A stretch of 60,130 nucleotides of DNA, counting the filler, from Nemertoderma westbladi (taxonomy: Eukaryota > Animalia > Xenacoelomorpha), in NCBI GenBank assembly GCA_032718475.1. It is 3 parts of 3 records of this genome, joined end to end, with 100 filler letters (N's around TTAATTAATTAA, not from the genome) between each part and the next. Parts side by side here need not be neighbours in the genome. Positions count along the whole stretch, not along the records: positions 1 to 28,471 come from JAUCBJ010006115.1; 2 more parts are not named here. One strand, written 5' to 3'. Each line of letters begins with the position of its first letter. Within the stretch, counting starts at the first letter, position 1. The notes beneath the pieces are model-generated. The model was not told the origin of the DNA and ran no database searches. It saw only the letters and a program-made list of their open reading frames with translations. Below, piece after piece: positions 1 to 13,029 of the stretch. The translations under genes were made by a program, and so were the position numbers.

Positions 1-1
1 T

Positions 2-1729
2 TGGGCAGAAGGCCGAGGTTTCTTCCGCACTATGTATGCCAATACACCCAGCGGCATTACTAAAGTACAACGAACCTCCATCGGACATCTTGCCTTTCAA
101 GAATACGGATGGAATTTCAAGGTTGGAAATCCTATAAATTACCAACAAGTATACGGAGATCATTATTCTCGTTTATACTTTGATGGACCATTGACCGCAC
201 CTGGCGCCATGTATAGCTTTATGAGTGTTCCACTCCGTCCCTCCTTAGCTATATACACGATCTTTGAAAATGCAGCACTTGCCGGTTGGCTAGCCGATGT
301 GTGCAGTCGTACCATATGCGCCCATCCCTTAATACTTGGAACCAAACTCGCCAAGTTAGATGAACACAATAAATTTATCCGCTTCGAATGTTTCCGGCGC
401 TTTCTGACTCCGTTCCGTAACGTTGATAGTCAGTTCAAAGACCGCGCTCTGACCAAACTCAGCCTGAGAGACTCAGCGGCGGAGAAGCTAAACAGCGCGG
501 GATTTGCCCTTTTTCAGGACGTTTGTATACAGAACTTACATTCATCTGTTATACAAAGACCCCGAATACCCACGGGTTATTCTGTCGTGGAAGTTCAGAC
601 AGTGGGTCCGCTTGCGGAGACAGCCGCAACTACCTCAGCTATGCAATTGGAAGACGAACCAATATGCTTAGAAGCTGAAGCGATTCAGCCTACAGCGCCC
701 CGGAGCAGCGATAACGATTATGTCTTAGAGTGGTATCAAGGTCCACAATGTCTCACCGCATACGATTATCGACACGCTAACTATGTTTCTCGAAAACGTT
801 GTCGATTATGCGCATCGAGAGACCATTTCACCCCTATGGACTCAGACGTACCCTGCTCCTATTTCCACGAACAACCGATGATGGAGATATATTGTGCGTA
901 TTGCAGACTTAATAACTCTCATATTTTTGCAGTCTGCCCCCAATTTATGACTCAATGCCACCACTGTCAACTTAAAGGACATGCCAGTTATAATTGCCCC
1001 TTTAATCGCGATTTAGAGAGCGTAGATGAGATGATTACCCTGCGCTACATCCGAGCTTGGGAAGCGAACGCGGATTTACATTGTGAGTCCCGCCATCGCT
1101 ACTACCCTGGACGCTCTTACGAGGGAGTTTACGCGTTCCATCCTTATTTATTCGCGTCTGTGGAACAAAAAACACGTATACCGAGTTACGAACTAATGAA
1201 GCGTGTTGGTGAGTGTATTTCCACCAAATTTGTTTGAAAATACCTTAGGAACGTCAATCCTAATGATATTACTTCATATCATTTGATCAATTACATCCGT
1301 CAAGACCCTGAGTATGGCGATTTATTTATCAACTCGCACCCTGAGTTACAGGAAGTATCCCGACGGCCCTACGAATATCGAGCCCGAGAACGCGAGCTGG
1401 AAAGAACCATTAAACCAAGGAAGTTTCTTACCACTCACGGTCCGCCTACCGCCGTTGTCCAGACGACCCGTCAAGGACCAGTAGGAGCTGCTGTCCTAAG
1501 ACGCGCCCTAAAGGCCGTCAGACCTCGCTCCACTGAGGTTGATATTGATCAACCAGGTACCTCAACCGGCGGATACACCGATCGTAATCCTAAACCTTCT
1601 GATGCAATTGTATTGCACCCTTCACCCAGGAGTTACAGCCCTCCTAGTAAAGTGGCTCGCCCCAAAGAGAAAAGGACTCTTACTAGCCTCAAAAAACTGC
1701 GTAAACGCCATCCACGTAAAAAAGACTAA
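2..1729 (+). CDS. Extra 3' ORF of an LTR retrotransposon: zinc-knuckle protein with basic C-terminus, 5'-incomplete, one in-frame TGA at 1235-1237
   Basis: ORFs 32..1237 and 1283..1729 share a frame, and the codons between them and from position 2 are open. Motifs CRLCASRDH..C, CAYCRLNNSHIFAVC, CHHCQLKGHASYNC. Ends about 80 bp before the PPT and LTR. Confidence 0.65.
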
Positions 1730-1807
1730 CTGTTTAGAGTATTTTTATATTTTAGAAACTGTGATTTGTTATATTTTATAGACTTAAATCCCATTTTCTG
1801 GGAGCGG

Positions 1808-2987
1808 TGTAAAAGCTTTTGCGTAATTAGTCGGTTATTTTCCCGTAAAGTACTCTGTAGTTGGTTTACCAGGCATAAAAAGGCCGTGTCCTTGCTGTAC
1901 TGGTGTTTTAGAGGACATAAAAGTCATTTCTTCTGTATATGTACTTTAAAGGACATAATCCGTAATTTCGTGACGCAATAGCTGGATACTCTTGAAAACA
2001 GTGTCGCTACCATGACGACGGCTAACAGCTGATATTGCCACGTCGAACATTTCTTTGTTTCTTTGTTCTCTCTTGTTCGGTTGACCAATCAGAGCGCTTT
2101 TTGACTCGGTGTTGGAGGTTGTATACAGAAACTCATGAATTCAGTGTTATGTTTTTGCCCAGAGCCTAAGAACACCGGCTTTTGGCACCTCCGTGTTTTC
2201 AGTCTTTAGCTTAACATTAGTAGGCTTAATTATAGAGTGTATATCTGTTATCGGTACATACCATACCATACCAACATACCAAAACTTGGTACTTGGTTTA
2301 TATCATACATATCTTACTTAACATTACTGCTTTTACTGTCGGTTATTCATTATATTTGTTGATGGAATATTATATCGGAATACTGATCAACATTCAGACA
2401 CCCCAATCTTCTTGATATACTAAAGGTTAGAGAGACCGGTTACATATAAACGATTGCGACCTATGTTAAGTGGTTTGAAGTGAATCTAATGCTATTTCAT
2501 AGGCTCGACATAAATTGTCTGTTGCTCTCTTTATACGTGACTAAATTTAGTGAAGGTCGGCAGATTAGTGTGCAGTATCGTGCAGCATTGTGTATGATTG
2601 TAACTGATAACAAAGCATCTCCTAAAGAATGCGCCATATACACAAATCTATAGCCATTTCGTTGTGTCTAGTTTAAGTCATAACTCTGTTTACATATTTA
2701 GAGAGCCACGCCCTAAAGGAACTGTTAATATTTCCCGAAAGTGAATAATATTTGTCAGAGATTATATATTACGATCAGTCGAATAATACAGTAGGCTTAC
2801 ACCATCAATCAAGTTAAGCTTCCGAATTCAGTCTCCCGGGTATATCCAGCGGGTGAATGATTGCGCACAGACTGGCTTCGGCTAATGTAGTGTATCAAAT
2901 ACTCGTCATAGGCTAAAGACTATCTATCATCCAAAAGACATCCCAATTTGGTAGGTTAAACTGCCAAAGGTCTTAAAAGCGCAAACA
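1808..2987 (+). mobile_element. 3' LTR (copy 1)
   Basis: Starts TGT right after purine-rich gggagcgg and ends ACA. Homologous along its length to 49780-50990; similarity stops right after the CA. Confidence 0.8.
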
Positions 2988-3777
2988 GTACTTGTGAAAT
3001 CGCGGTGTAAATTGAAACATCTCAACTTGTTTTATTTCGCAAAATAGATCCAAAACACGAAAATTACCATAGGCGCAATGATAAAACACCAGCTGGCACT
3101 CATGAAGAATGTACAGAGATGGCCTAGTAATGCTATTCAATAGAGGAAAGGCCAACTAATTACAACTCAACTTGAGTGAGATTAGCTCGCATTGTTTGTA
3201 CAGGACAAACAAACCTCGTCTGTCATAGACAGAGTATAAGGCATACAACAATTACACCATCTGGTTTGGTAACTAAATTCCTTTGTCCCTACCTACCGCG
3301 TAGGTCAGCATTAGTTGAATGGACAGAACTTTTCACACCATCTGGTTTGTCTCAACTAAAATACATTGCGTGTAATTGTTTTATTTATAAATCTTTTGGC
3401 CAACATTAATACTATATAGGCCTAGAGACTGTATGTTTAAAAGGCTGTATGTTTACTCAGCTTCATGATTCTCCATAGGCTAACATTATAGTTTGAAATG
3501 TAAAAATCACTGCTTATTATCTATATCAGGTTACTCACTGTTGATTGCAAAATATTTTATTGTTGGATTACTCTCTGTCAGACTCCCCTTCAGAACATTG
3601 TAGAGGGAATTTACTTTAGTTTACTCTACTGTGCCATTCAGCTGAATGGATTTGAGCGATTGCCAAGTTACAGAGTGGGATCGCTCTCTGACCATAGGCA
3701 AAGACATCAAATCTTTTTAAATTTCCATTTTTTTTTCTGACCAAAAATTTCAAAAAAAAATTTTCGTAGCCAGTAGT

Positions 3778-4075
3778 TCGCCCTTCGAGCAGCACGCGAG
3801 TTACATCAAATAATAGACACACTGTTTGACTTTGTCCCTTCGAGCAGCACGTGTGTTTGGCTTTGACCCTTCGATATATGATGTTGTGCCCTTCGAGCAC
3901 CACGTGAGTTACGTCAAATACAGTAATAGACACACTGTTAGACTTTGTCTCTTCGAGCAGCACGTGAGTTTGGCTTCGACCCTTCGATATATGTAGTTGC
4001 GCCCTTCGAGCAGCACGTGAGTTACATCAAATAATAGACACACTGTTTGACTTTGTCCCTTCGAGCAGCACGTAA
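3778..4075. repeat. Tandem repeat of about 118 bp with cccttcgagcagcacg subunits
   Basis: Repeated cccttcgagcagcacgtgagttacatcaaataatagacacactgtttgactttgt. Confidence 0.85.
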
Positions 4076-4150
4076 TTACATAATTAGTTATATATAGGCC
4101 TACTATATCTCGTTGTCTCTTTTATTTGAAATAAAAAGTCGGTTCCTTAT

Positions 4151-4320
4151 TGGGCCGCAGGCCCATCACTCACTAGTAGTTTGAAGTTGTCTAGAAAATT
4201 TCCCGTACACCACCGGGACTACCCTCACACTAATTTATTATCAGACAGAACAAAAAGCTTTTACTTGACTCGTACTGTCTCCTACGACTTGCTTCACGGG
4301 CCGCTAGGCCCGTCTCTAGT
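4151..4320 (+). mobile_element. Two Helitron-like 3' termini
   Basis: Hairpin tgggcc-gca-ggccca then CTAG-T (4173); hairpin acgggcc-gcta-ggcccgt then CTAG-T (4316). Confidence 0.55.
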
Positions 4321-4639
4321 GTCATTATTTACCAATTTGTTCCCTATTTGGTAAATTTGGTGTAGGGTGGATGCGGGCGGGTTTATTATACAGTATTTAT
4401 TTATCTCTTTAATTGTCTAAAAACTAAAAAACTGTATTTATTCCTTCTGCATTCTCTTTGTAATTATTGATTTAATAACTTGCGGAAAATGTGCCTATTC
4501 ATCTTTGTTTTATTGGAATTAGCTTGGTTTTGGGTAGGCGGGAACTTTGAATTTTAAATTGTACATTATTATTGTTATATTTTGTGCAATTATTCCGGTA
4601 GTTTAGGGTTTCTCCGTAAACAGTAGTTGATTAAATTAC

Positions 4640-4682
4640 TCACCTGAGGAAGGCTCCCGCAAGGCGAGTTGAAATATTGTGA
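4640..4682 (+). ncRNA. Minimal type I hammerhead ribozyme motif (Penelope pLTR type)
   Basis: tcac CTGAGGA a ggctc-loop-gagtt GAAA tat t gtga; homologue at 26920-26967 on the minus strand. Confidence 0.65.
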
Positions 4683-6600
4683 TTTATCCCGCTATCTACT
4701 TATATAAATTATTATTTTATTTTATTTATTTCTTAAGGTCAAGAAAGAAGTAAATAACTTATCATATGTGAAACCAACAAACCAAAAAGCAACCGTGACG
4801 ATGACTTGCTTGCAATTGTTAGACAGTCTTATTATATATACCACCTCACCTTACAACAGAACAAGATGATATAATATTAAAATAAATTATGATTTGTGGG
4901 TCGAGCCACAAAGCTGGCAATGCTGCGCTTTTAGGGGGTTGGGTAAATTTTGTAAAATAGTTGTCATTGTCGGTGTTACCATTATGACATGCTAATTATT
5001 GCTGAATGCATCCAAATGCTGAATCATTCTTTATGAAGGTGATTCATCTACAGTTCTCCAGTCTACCGCTAAATGGTGAACATATGAAATTGGCTCATTA
5101 TTGCTGAATGCAACCAAATGCTGAATCTTTCTTTAGGTAGGTGATTCATCTACAGTTATCCAGTCTACCGCAAGATGGCGAACATATGAAAGTGATAATA
5201 ACGTTGTCCATTTCGTTGATCTTAATATGTTTAAGCTGATTCTTGGAGTATATGTAACATAACAAATGCTGCGTCTTTTTGAGAAATGCATTGGAGTTGA
5301 GCTGTCTTATTATTACCTAGCTAACTAAGTCAATGTCGCAATATTTCCTGTCGGCCAATCAAAGGGAAGATCATGTGTTGAGCAATCTATTATATTGTCA
5401 TACAGTAAACGTGTTTCACACACACATATATATATATATTGCTTATCCATTGTGCATTGTACAGGAATGAATCACTGTAGGCGATTCCCCAATATTGTGT
5501 CAGTGACTTGCTAGAGAGAACTAACCAATCAATTACTATATCTTAATTTCTACTACCACAATAGCCAAGAACCAATCAGAAGAATTGGCAACAAGTGATC
5601 TAACTAGTTCACTTACAGCAAGCCAGGGTAGGGTGTTCACGCTTTTGTAACTTGCACAGTTTTCTAACAAACTATTTTATTTATCTAAACTGCCTACAAT
5701 ACCTGCAGTAGGCCTACTACTACATAAGCCTGCAGTAGGCCTACTTACAGAGGCGTGTTGGGGAACCAAAACAATAAACGAAAGTTAACACATGTGTTTT
5801 GTATTTGTACAGGTCTTTATTATTTGGGTCGTCGGTCTTTGTTTTGTAGTCACCCGACACTGCGGTGTTGCGTGGGAGCCACCAATCCACCCACTCACAC
5901 TCAACTCCCAACTTCCTAGACACTAGGATACTGAGTGAATACGTCTGAAACTACTACAGGAACTCCATGACAGACTATGGGCTAGCGACTAGGGACTGGC
6001 GCCCTTGAACAATTAAACTGTAGTACCTACTGTACCATGTACCACCTACCTTAAAGTGACCTGAGGGACCAGCCCATTATTAGTGAGGTCGGCATTTCTC
6101 TTTATCCTGCCGCTCTCTTTGTATTACAATAGCATACAGCTAACCAATGGCAATGGTCTCGAAATCCGGAAATCGAAGCCTTTTTCTATCTGCCAACATC
6201 CTGGGCTTTACTTACACTAAGCCTCTATTCACTGGCTGTGATTGACAAGCCAACTTGCCTCAGAAGTTCCTTTCATGAATGCCGCAATTTATATTTGGCC
6301 ATTTTGGTCGTTTTGGCCGCCAAAATGACCAAGTTAATGTTTATTGGGATTGGGTAACTGCTGAACTGACTAATATGGTTTCAAAGTTTTTCACCACGGG
6401 CACTCAAGGAATGCCGGGGTTTGGGGACGGTAGCCCCCAACCAAAGAAGCGGGTTTAAAAGAAAAACAAACAAAATTTGACTATAAAAATGTTTCTTTTA
6501 TAATTTTGAAAAAACTTGTCTAGATACAACTTGTCCTGTAACCATCTTTAACTTTTGTTTATTGCTTTGATGCACCCAGATTAATTTTAACACTTTAACT

Positions 6601-6705
6601 GGGGGAGAAGTGTCCGGGGGGCAAGTGTCCGGGGGGAAGTGTCCGGGGGGGAAGTGTCCTACTTGGGCGGGGGGGAAGTGTCCGGGGGGGAAGTGTCCTA
6701 GATCC
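6601..6705. repeat. 15-bp minisatellite (gggggggaagtgtcc), probably the subterminal region of a DNA transposon
   Basis: About five direct copies. Confidence 0.75.
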
Positions 6706-8359
6706 GTAATATAAATAAACATGGAACCTAGAGAAGTGAAGACGGATCTACTTTTGTGGCAACCACCACGTCAACACGTAGATGTCCCTGTGGACGACTG
6801 GCTAGGATAATTAAATTTAGAGTAACATTGAATTGTAGAAGTGGATAATGACAGATTGGTATATATAAATTATCTTTATAAACATATGAACACATGTCAT
6901 ATTCGCAACAGTGCAGGTTTGGGCAGATTTACCAAGAATATATTAAAGTATAATATTGAAATTAATTATAATTTTGTTGCAGCATTATCTCTGATAGAAT
7001 TGATATATTTGAACAAGTTCTAAATATTACATATTCGTATAAATATATTCAAGAACTAAAAATAAATATATTCCAGAACTTAAAACCAGTCCAATGATGT
7101 ATTTATGATGGCCAGGACTACCATATGCTCTGCTGCCTATAAGTAATACTAATTAAATTATAATTTGAATGGGAGATTAAATTGGTTCTGTTTCAAATAT
7201 AATTTCATTTTATTACTATTTGGTAAAATATCGGGGGGGGGGGGGGGGGGGGGGGGGATGTTCCTGAACTGAGGGACTTTTTCATGAGATGGTGTAAGCC
7301 AATAACCCCCCCCCCCCCCCCCCCTCTTTTCTGGATGTTACCTAGATTCTTACTTCGAAGGTTTATCACTCCTTCACTATCCAACTTTTTTACTCCCCCA
7401 ATATAATATCCTCAATTAAGACATTATGTAATACAGTAGTAGCACGAGAACAAAATGTAGGTATTTAATTTAATTGTTTCCAATCTAGTATCCCCAGCAA
7501 CAAATGCGTGTTATTAAACGATGATGATGAGCCCTCGTGTTACTATCACGAGCCCTCATGATAGCTAACACGAGTCTCATGATAGCTAACATGAGACCTC
7601 GTGATAGCTCTAACACGATATGGGATCGCTGGCGTTTTCTAAGTTACCTTTTCCACTCTGTTTAAGTTGGTAACAACAACGAAGACAAATTTTCTTAGTA
7701 TTTGTGAACTCTGAGGCAATTAATACTTTACCAAACCCACTTTCCTCGTAAAACTGTAACAGGCCGTAAAAATTACTTTTGAGTGTTATTATTTCTAATT
7801 AATGCATAATGCAACCATAATAAACAAACTGAAATAAAAATTGAAATTAATTGCTGAAATAATTTGATAATCTGAAATTAAAATCATGATATTTTAATAA
7901 TTTTTTTATGCAACATGAAAAACGTAATTAATATTAAAATATGTATGACATTACAGCTATTGAAAAAAAACACAAATCATGTTTATCTAATCAGCAGATA
8001 CTATATTGCGTAGTAGGCCTACGGGTATAGTTTAACCTTTTCAGTCCTAACACTGGTGGCGTGTTTCATAACACATTTAGTATTTACGGAATGAGCAACA
8101 TTTCAGTGTTTAAACGGGATCAGACTTTTCGGGATTTCCGGTTTGGGGATCGGGGCAGGATTTCCGCAATTTTGTGAAAGTTTTCAATATTTCCATGTGG
8201 CAGTGTGTGTATTAAGGGTTTGGAGTTTGGACAAATTTATTTCACTATGCTGAAATATGAGTAAGATTTAAATTATATTAATATATATACTGTATTAATA
8301 TACATTAGTTGATTTTTGGATGGTTTACTGACATATCAAGCCGGCATAGCATTCTTAAT

Positions 8360-8800
8360 ATTATTATTATTTATCATTTACAGCAGGCAACATGATATTT
8401 ATATTACAAACAACAATCAGCCCATATCTATTTGTAACTATTCTACATCGATCTATCTACCTACAGCACATATGATATTATAATTTATACTAATTATAAA
8501 TATGTAGTTATTAAGTGAAAATTACTAACGGAGGATAATGGGATATAAACTATGAAACCAAATTTCTTGAATCGCACATATCATTAATTCGTGAACCATG
8601 AAAATATGCATAGCAAATAATTGAATTGATGATTACATTATTAGACATAGAAATTCTACTATGTAAACTGGAAATTGACTTATATCGAATGTGAATGAAA
8701 CATGGTAAATTATTACAACCGAAGAAATTCGACATACTAGCACCAAACGGGATCGAGAAAAGCTTATTGTGCTGCGTTATTGTTTATAATTTATTATTTA

Positions 8801-8831
<31 letters not shown>

Positions 8832-11650
8832 ATTTATTATTTATAATTTATCGTGGTCGATTCGATCAAAAGCTTTGGAGGCATCCAAGAAACAAACATA
8901 AACTGGCGTCTCGTTGTCTAGGTAATAATCTATTACTTCTTTTAATGTATATACACATAATTCTGTACCGCTATTCGGTTTGAAAGCATACTGATAATCA
9001 CTGCATATTAAATGGGTTTGTATCCGAGATAAAATAATATATTCTAAAAGCTTACTGAAGGCCGTTGCTATGGCAACTGGTCGATAGTTCGCTTTGTCGC
9101 TTATATCACCATTCTTATCTTTAATAATCGGTACTATGATACTATCGATAATTGCACTTGGTAGAAAACCGTGTTTAAGTACAGAGCTTAAAAATACTGC
9201 TATGAGTAAGTTAAGTCGTTCACAATTGCTGTTTATAAAGTGTTCAACTGACAAATTGTCAGAACCTACTGATTTCCCGACTTTCAAATTTGAGATAGCA
9301 TAACTAACTTCGGAAGCACTAATTGTCATATTTTCTTCCGAGTGAAAAATATTTGAATAATGTCCAAATACATTTGAACCATATAAGTTATCAGTTAATA
9401 ATTGATCAACTATATTGTTTACTGGAAACTCTTTAGTATCATCCTTACTACAATTAAATAACTCAGAGAAGTCATTTGCGAACATATCACAGATGTCTTT
9501 CTCCCCCATGGAGCCACTAACTACCCGAGGCAGTGGCACCGTACTACAACATTCCCGCTTTACTGATTTCCAAAAACCATTAAAATCCTTAGTAAGATCA
9601 GCTTTCGCCATGTTATCTGCACGGATTTTGGTCTCTTCAGATTTACATTGTCTAAATATTCTTTTGAAATTTGCCCGGGAGGCAAGATACTGCTGATAAG
9701 TGTCCCCCTGGCGGGGGCAACCAGCATCTTTCCAACGTGTAAAAGCGAGCCGCGAGGCTTCATAATGACCTTTCACGTTATCATTCCATCCTGGGATGTT
9801 AAAATTGGACGCAGTTTTAGGCTCAAAATTTAGGCTTTAGGCTCTGAATTACCAGGTATAGCACAATTAGCGGAAACAATTAAAGAATCAGATATAGACA
9901 CCCAAAAATCCTTGAGGCTATCAATATGGGCTTTATCATTACAATTAACACATGCACATTTAAGTGCTTCAGGTATTTCAATGTTACTCAAAAGGCCATC
10001 AAGTTTTACACTGTAATCTTCTATTTGTACTGACCGTGCTGAAGACCATTTTACATTACAATTAAGTCTACTATTATTTCTGGGCAATTCAGTGGAATCA
10101 CCAGACGAAACGGCATCCGGACTCGCCGCTATTGAAAAACAAAGTGGTATATGGTCCACTGCAGCTAAGTCATATCTAACTTTTGGATCGTAAATCAATG
10201 AGTCTAATGTATTAGTACTAACAATGTGATCTAACCACGATGTGGTGCCAAATGCTGCACTAACAAAACTGAAAGTATTTGAGGGCAGACGACTGACATC
10301 ACTTATAATAAAATTACTGTCGGCACACCACTCCAACAATTCGTTATAAAAATGTTTACCCGGATTAGCGTTTAGATCACCAATCACACAGCATTTAGCT
10401 GTTGGTGCAGAGTCAATTATGGACTGTACACGGCCTAAGTAAACTACAAATAAATCGTAGTTATCGGCGCTCTCATACGGCAGATATACATTTAGCACTA
10501 GAATTTTCGATTTATCTGATAAAATAATGAAAAATCCAATGATCCTATCATCATCGATATCAAGGTACTCAATAGATGATGATAATTCCTCTCTAACCAT
10601 GACTGCAAGACCCCCGTGAGGTTGCCCTGATAAAATACCATCCGCTAAGTCTACTGGTGATTTACCTTTACAAATAAACCTACTATCTAATTTGTTAAGG
10701 AACCACAGGTCCTGTTTAGTTAACAAATGTTCTTGCAAAACAACAATGTCTGAATTTTCACACAAACTCCGTACAGTGGCAACAGATGTCGGAGTTCGAA
10801 TCGAGTTACAATTATAAGAAGAAATTCTAATATGATTTGTATCCAAATTGTAAAGATTATAAAAATATTAAATATTGACAAAATGTAACAAAAATTACTG
10901 TGATTAAAAAACGATGACGCGCTTCATTTTAGTGAAACATCTGATCCCGCCGCTGCCGTATCGGGAACACCCGAACTCCTCAGACTTCCACCTTCGGTGC
11001 GACTCGTGTGTGGCAGTTGTCTTGTAGCCCACCCCGGTATATACCCTTCGTATGGCCGTATTCAACAGTTATCAGGCCAATTGTCAGATGACATCAGGGC
11101 TTCCACGTCCCCGACTTTACAAGTAATAATGAACGATGCGTGTGATTTGACGTAATCGTTTGTTATCTTTACACAATCAACTGAAATCTTTATTTCTTCT
11201 TCTACGTATTGTATGATGTCAGATGTCAGCACTTCCGGAGAACAACCCGTTAGAAATAGCTTTCTTCTGGGAACCACAGTTTTGAATGCTTTCGAACTTG
11301 AAGAACCCTAACAAACGGTCGGTTTGATTGTACACTCAGAGTGTTCAAACCGAGACTTATAGGGTTCCCAGTCGCGGAAGTTGCAGCATTGGCAGATCCA
11401 TTGTCGCGGTCACGCTCGCGTACCTCGCAATGTTTCCCGTCTTGTCCAATTTCGATGAATCCATCATCCCGATCACAATCGACTTTTTGCCAAACTCTTG
11501 AGACGAGATGATATCATCGGGATCTGGAAGCAAGTTGAATAACGTCGTCTTAGCGTCTTTTAAATCCTTTATTTTAGAATTTCGGCCAGGTATCAAGTGT
11601 TTCCACTATGATCTTTCTGGGCATACCCACTTTTACATGGGCACACCAAA
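8360..11650 (-). mobile_element. CR1-group LINE (ORF1 remnant, APE, partial RT, 3' end), internally deleted
   Basis: APE 9830..10846 (SYNCN, LQEH, GDLNA, WLDH, DH); RT 8841..9776 (NYRPV, FLDASKAFD); ORF1 C-terminus 11062..11277; ORF2 tail 8550..8735. Confidence 0.9.
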
Positions 11651-11879
11651 CAAACGACAGCACATCACTAAGTATATGATGACAGTTACTACTGGTAGTC
11701 ATAATTCAATTTTTAACTTAGTTTAAAACCTTGCCGCAAGCGGCAATCGACGAAAATAACCACACCACAGTCTGACAGTTCAGCAGATTGATAGTACAGC
11801 AGTGTTACCATACAGCAGTATTATAGCAGTATTGTAGCGGTAATATATATGTAATATATATATATATATGTATATATAT

Positions 11880-11936
11880 TGCAGCTGAAATGCAGCATGC
11901 CGATCGTAGTAGTACAGTAGTAGTAGTAGTAGTAGT
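11880..11936 (+). mobile_element. Very short 3' fragment of RTE LINE with (TAG)n tail
   Basis: tgcagctgaaatgcagcatgccgatcgtagtag matches the 3' ends of the other RTE copies. Confidence 0.7.
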
Positions 11937-12325
11937 GACATATACAGTATATTCGATAAATAAATGATTTAATTTCTGATCATCTTTTGCAACTTTTTAG
12001 GATTTTCAAGAACTAAATACTATAAATACTATGAAATTAAATACTATATTATACTTCGGGATCACGTCCGAGATTGCAATTTTCCATGGGATATAGATTT
12101 TACAGCATCGGGATCCTGTTTAAACATTACAACATACAGTTTTAGAGTAGGCCTACAGTATTTAGTATTATATTAATAATTTTACAATGACTGTTACAGT
12201 CCCAAAACGTTATTCATAATTTGTTACTTTTCATATTACCTTAACAATATTTCTTATACAATCTTTGAAACAAATTTATGAAACCGGCTACTGTACAATA
12301 ACATTTGACTATGTATTGTTACTAC

Positions 12326-12903
12326 TACTAGGATCGGCATGCTGCATTGCAGCTGCATTTTTAAGAATGCTGTGCCGGCTTGTCAACAAAATTGCACCAC
12401 CACAACTCCCTATCACACATGACATTTGCTAGATCATCCGCATCTTTAAGGCCAGTGTCCTTTAAGATGCGTCTCAAGAAAGTCATGGGCTGTCCACCAT
12501 GCTTATTCACTCCATGAGGCTGCCAAAGTACAAGATTATGCACTGGCTGGTCCTCACGGCGAAAGCAATGTCCTGCAAAGCGGAGGCGATTTTGTTCTAG
12601 TGTCATGCTTGGGGGAACCAATGAGACACCTCCAATGTTATATAGTGTCTGGTTGGAGATGTGTGCATTGTACTTGACACAATGGACCTGGCGTAGCATT
12701 CTTGTGAATGTGCCATCCAGAGATTTGGTGTCCTCAGCAGTTAGAGCCCAGCATGGACACCCGTAGAGGAGTACTGGAACTACTGCTGCTCTAAATAATC
12801 GGACCTTAAGTTTCCGATTAATTCTCGGTGACTTCCAAATCCTGGAAAGCCTATTCAAGGCTGCCCATGCCTTTCCCTTACGTATTCGAAGGTCCTCACC
12901 TGA
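12326..12903 (-). mobile_element. 5'-truncated RTE-clade LINE
   Basis: LKVRLFRAAVVPVLLYG, RLRFAGHCFR; (TAG)n tail; 13-bp TSD gtattgttactac at 12313 and 12904. Confidence 0.9.
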
Positions 12904-13029
12904 GTATTGTTACTACAGCAGTAGTCAGTAGTAGAGTAGATAGTTAATTAGCTGTACTACAATTTTTATTAGAAAATTCACATGCAAAACGTGAAACATA
13001 ACTCCCCCATACTGTAGACGAACGGATGA

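Larger units (their letters stand above)
8104..12129. mobile_element. Non-autonomous hAT-like element carrying nested CR1 and RTE insertions
   Basis: TIR cagtgtttaaacgggatc / gatcctgtttaaacatta; 8-bp flanks caacattt / caacatac (6/8 match). Confidence 0.6.

Noticed and set aside
1766-1981. ORF conserved with 49738..49932
   Set aside because: Simply reflects LTR similarity; non-ATG start and different ends
3778-4075. CRISPR-like array
   Set aside because: The intervening sequences are themselves repeated, there are no cas genes, and the context is eukaryotic
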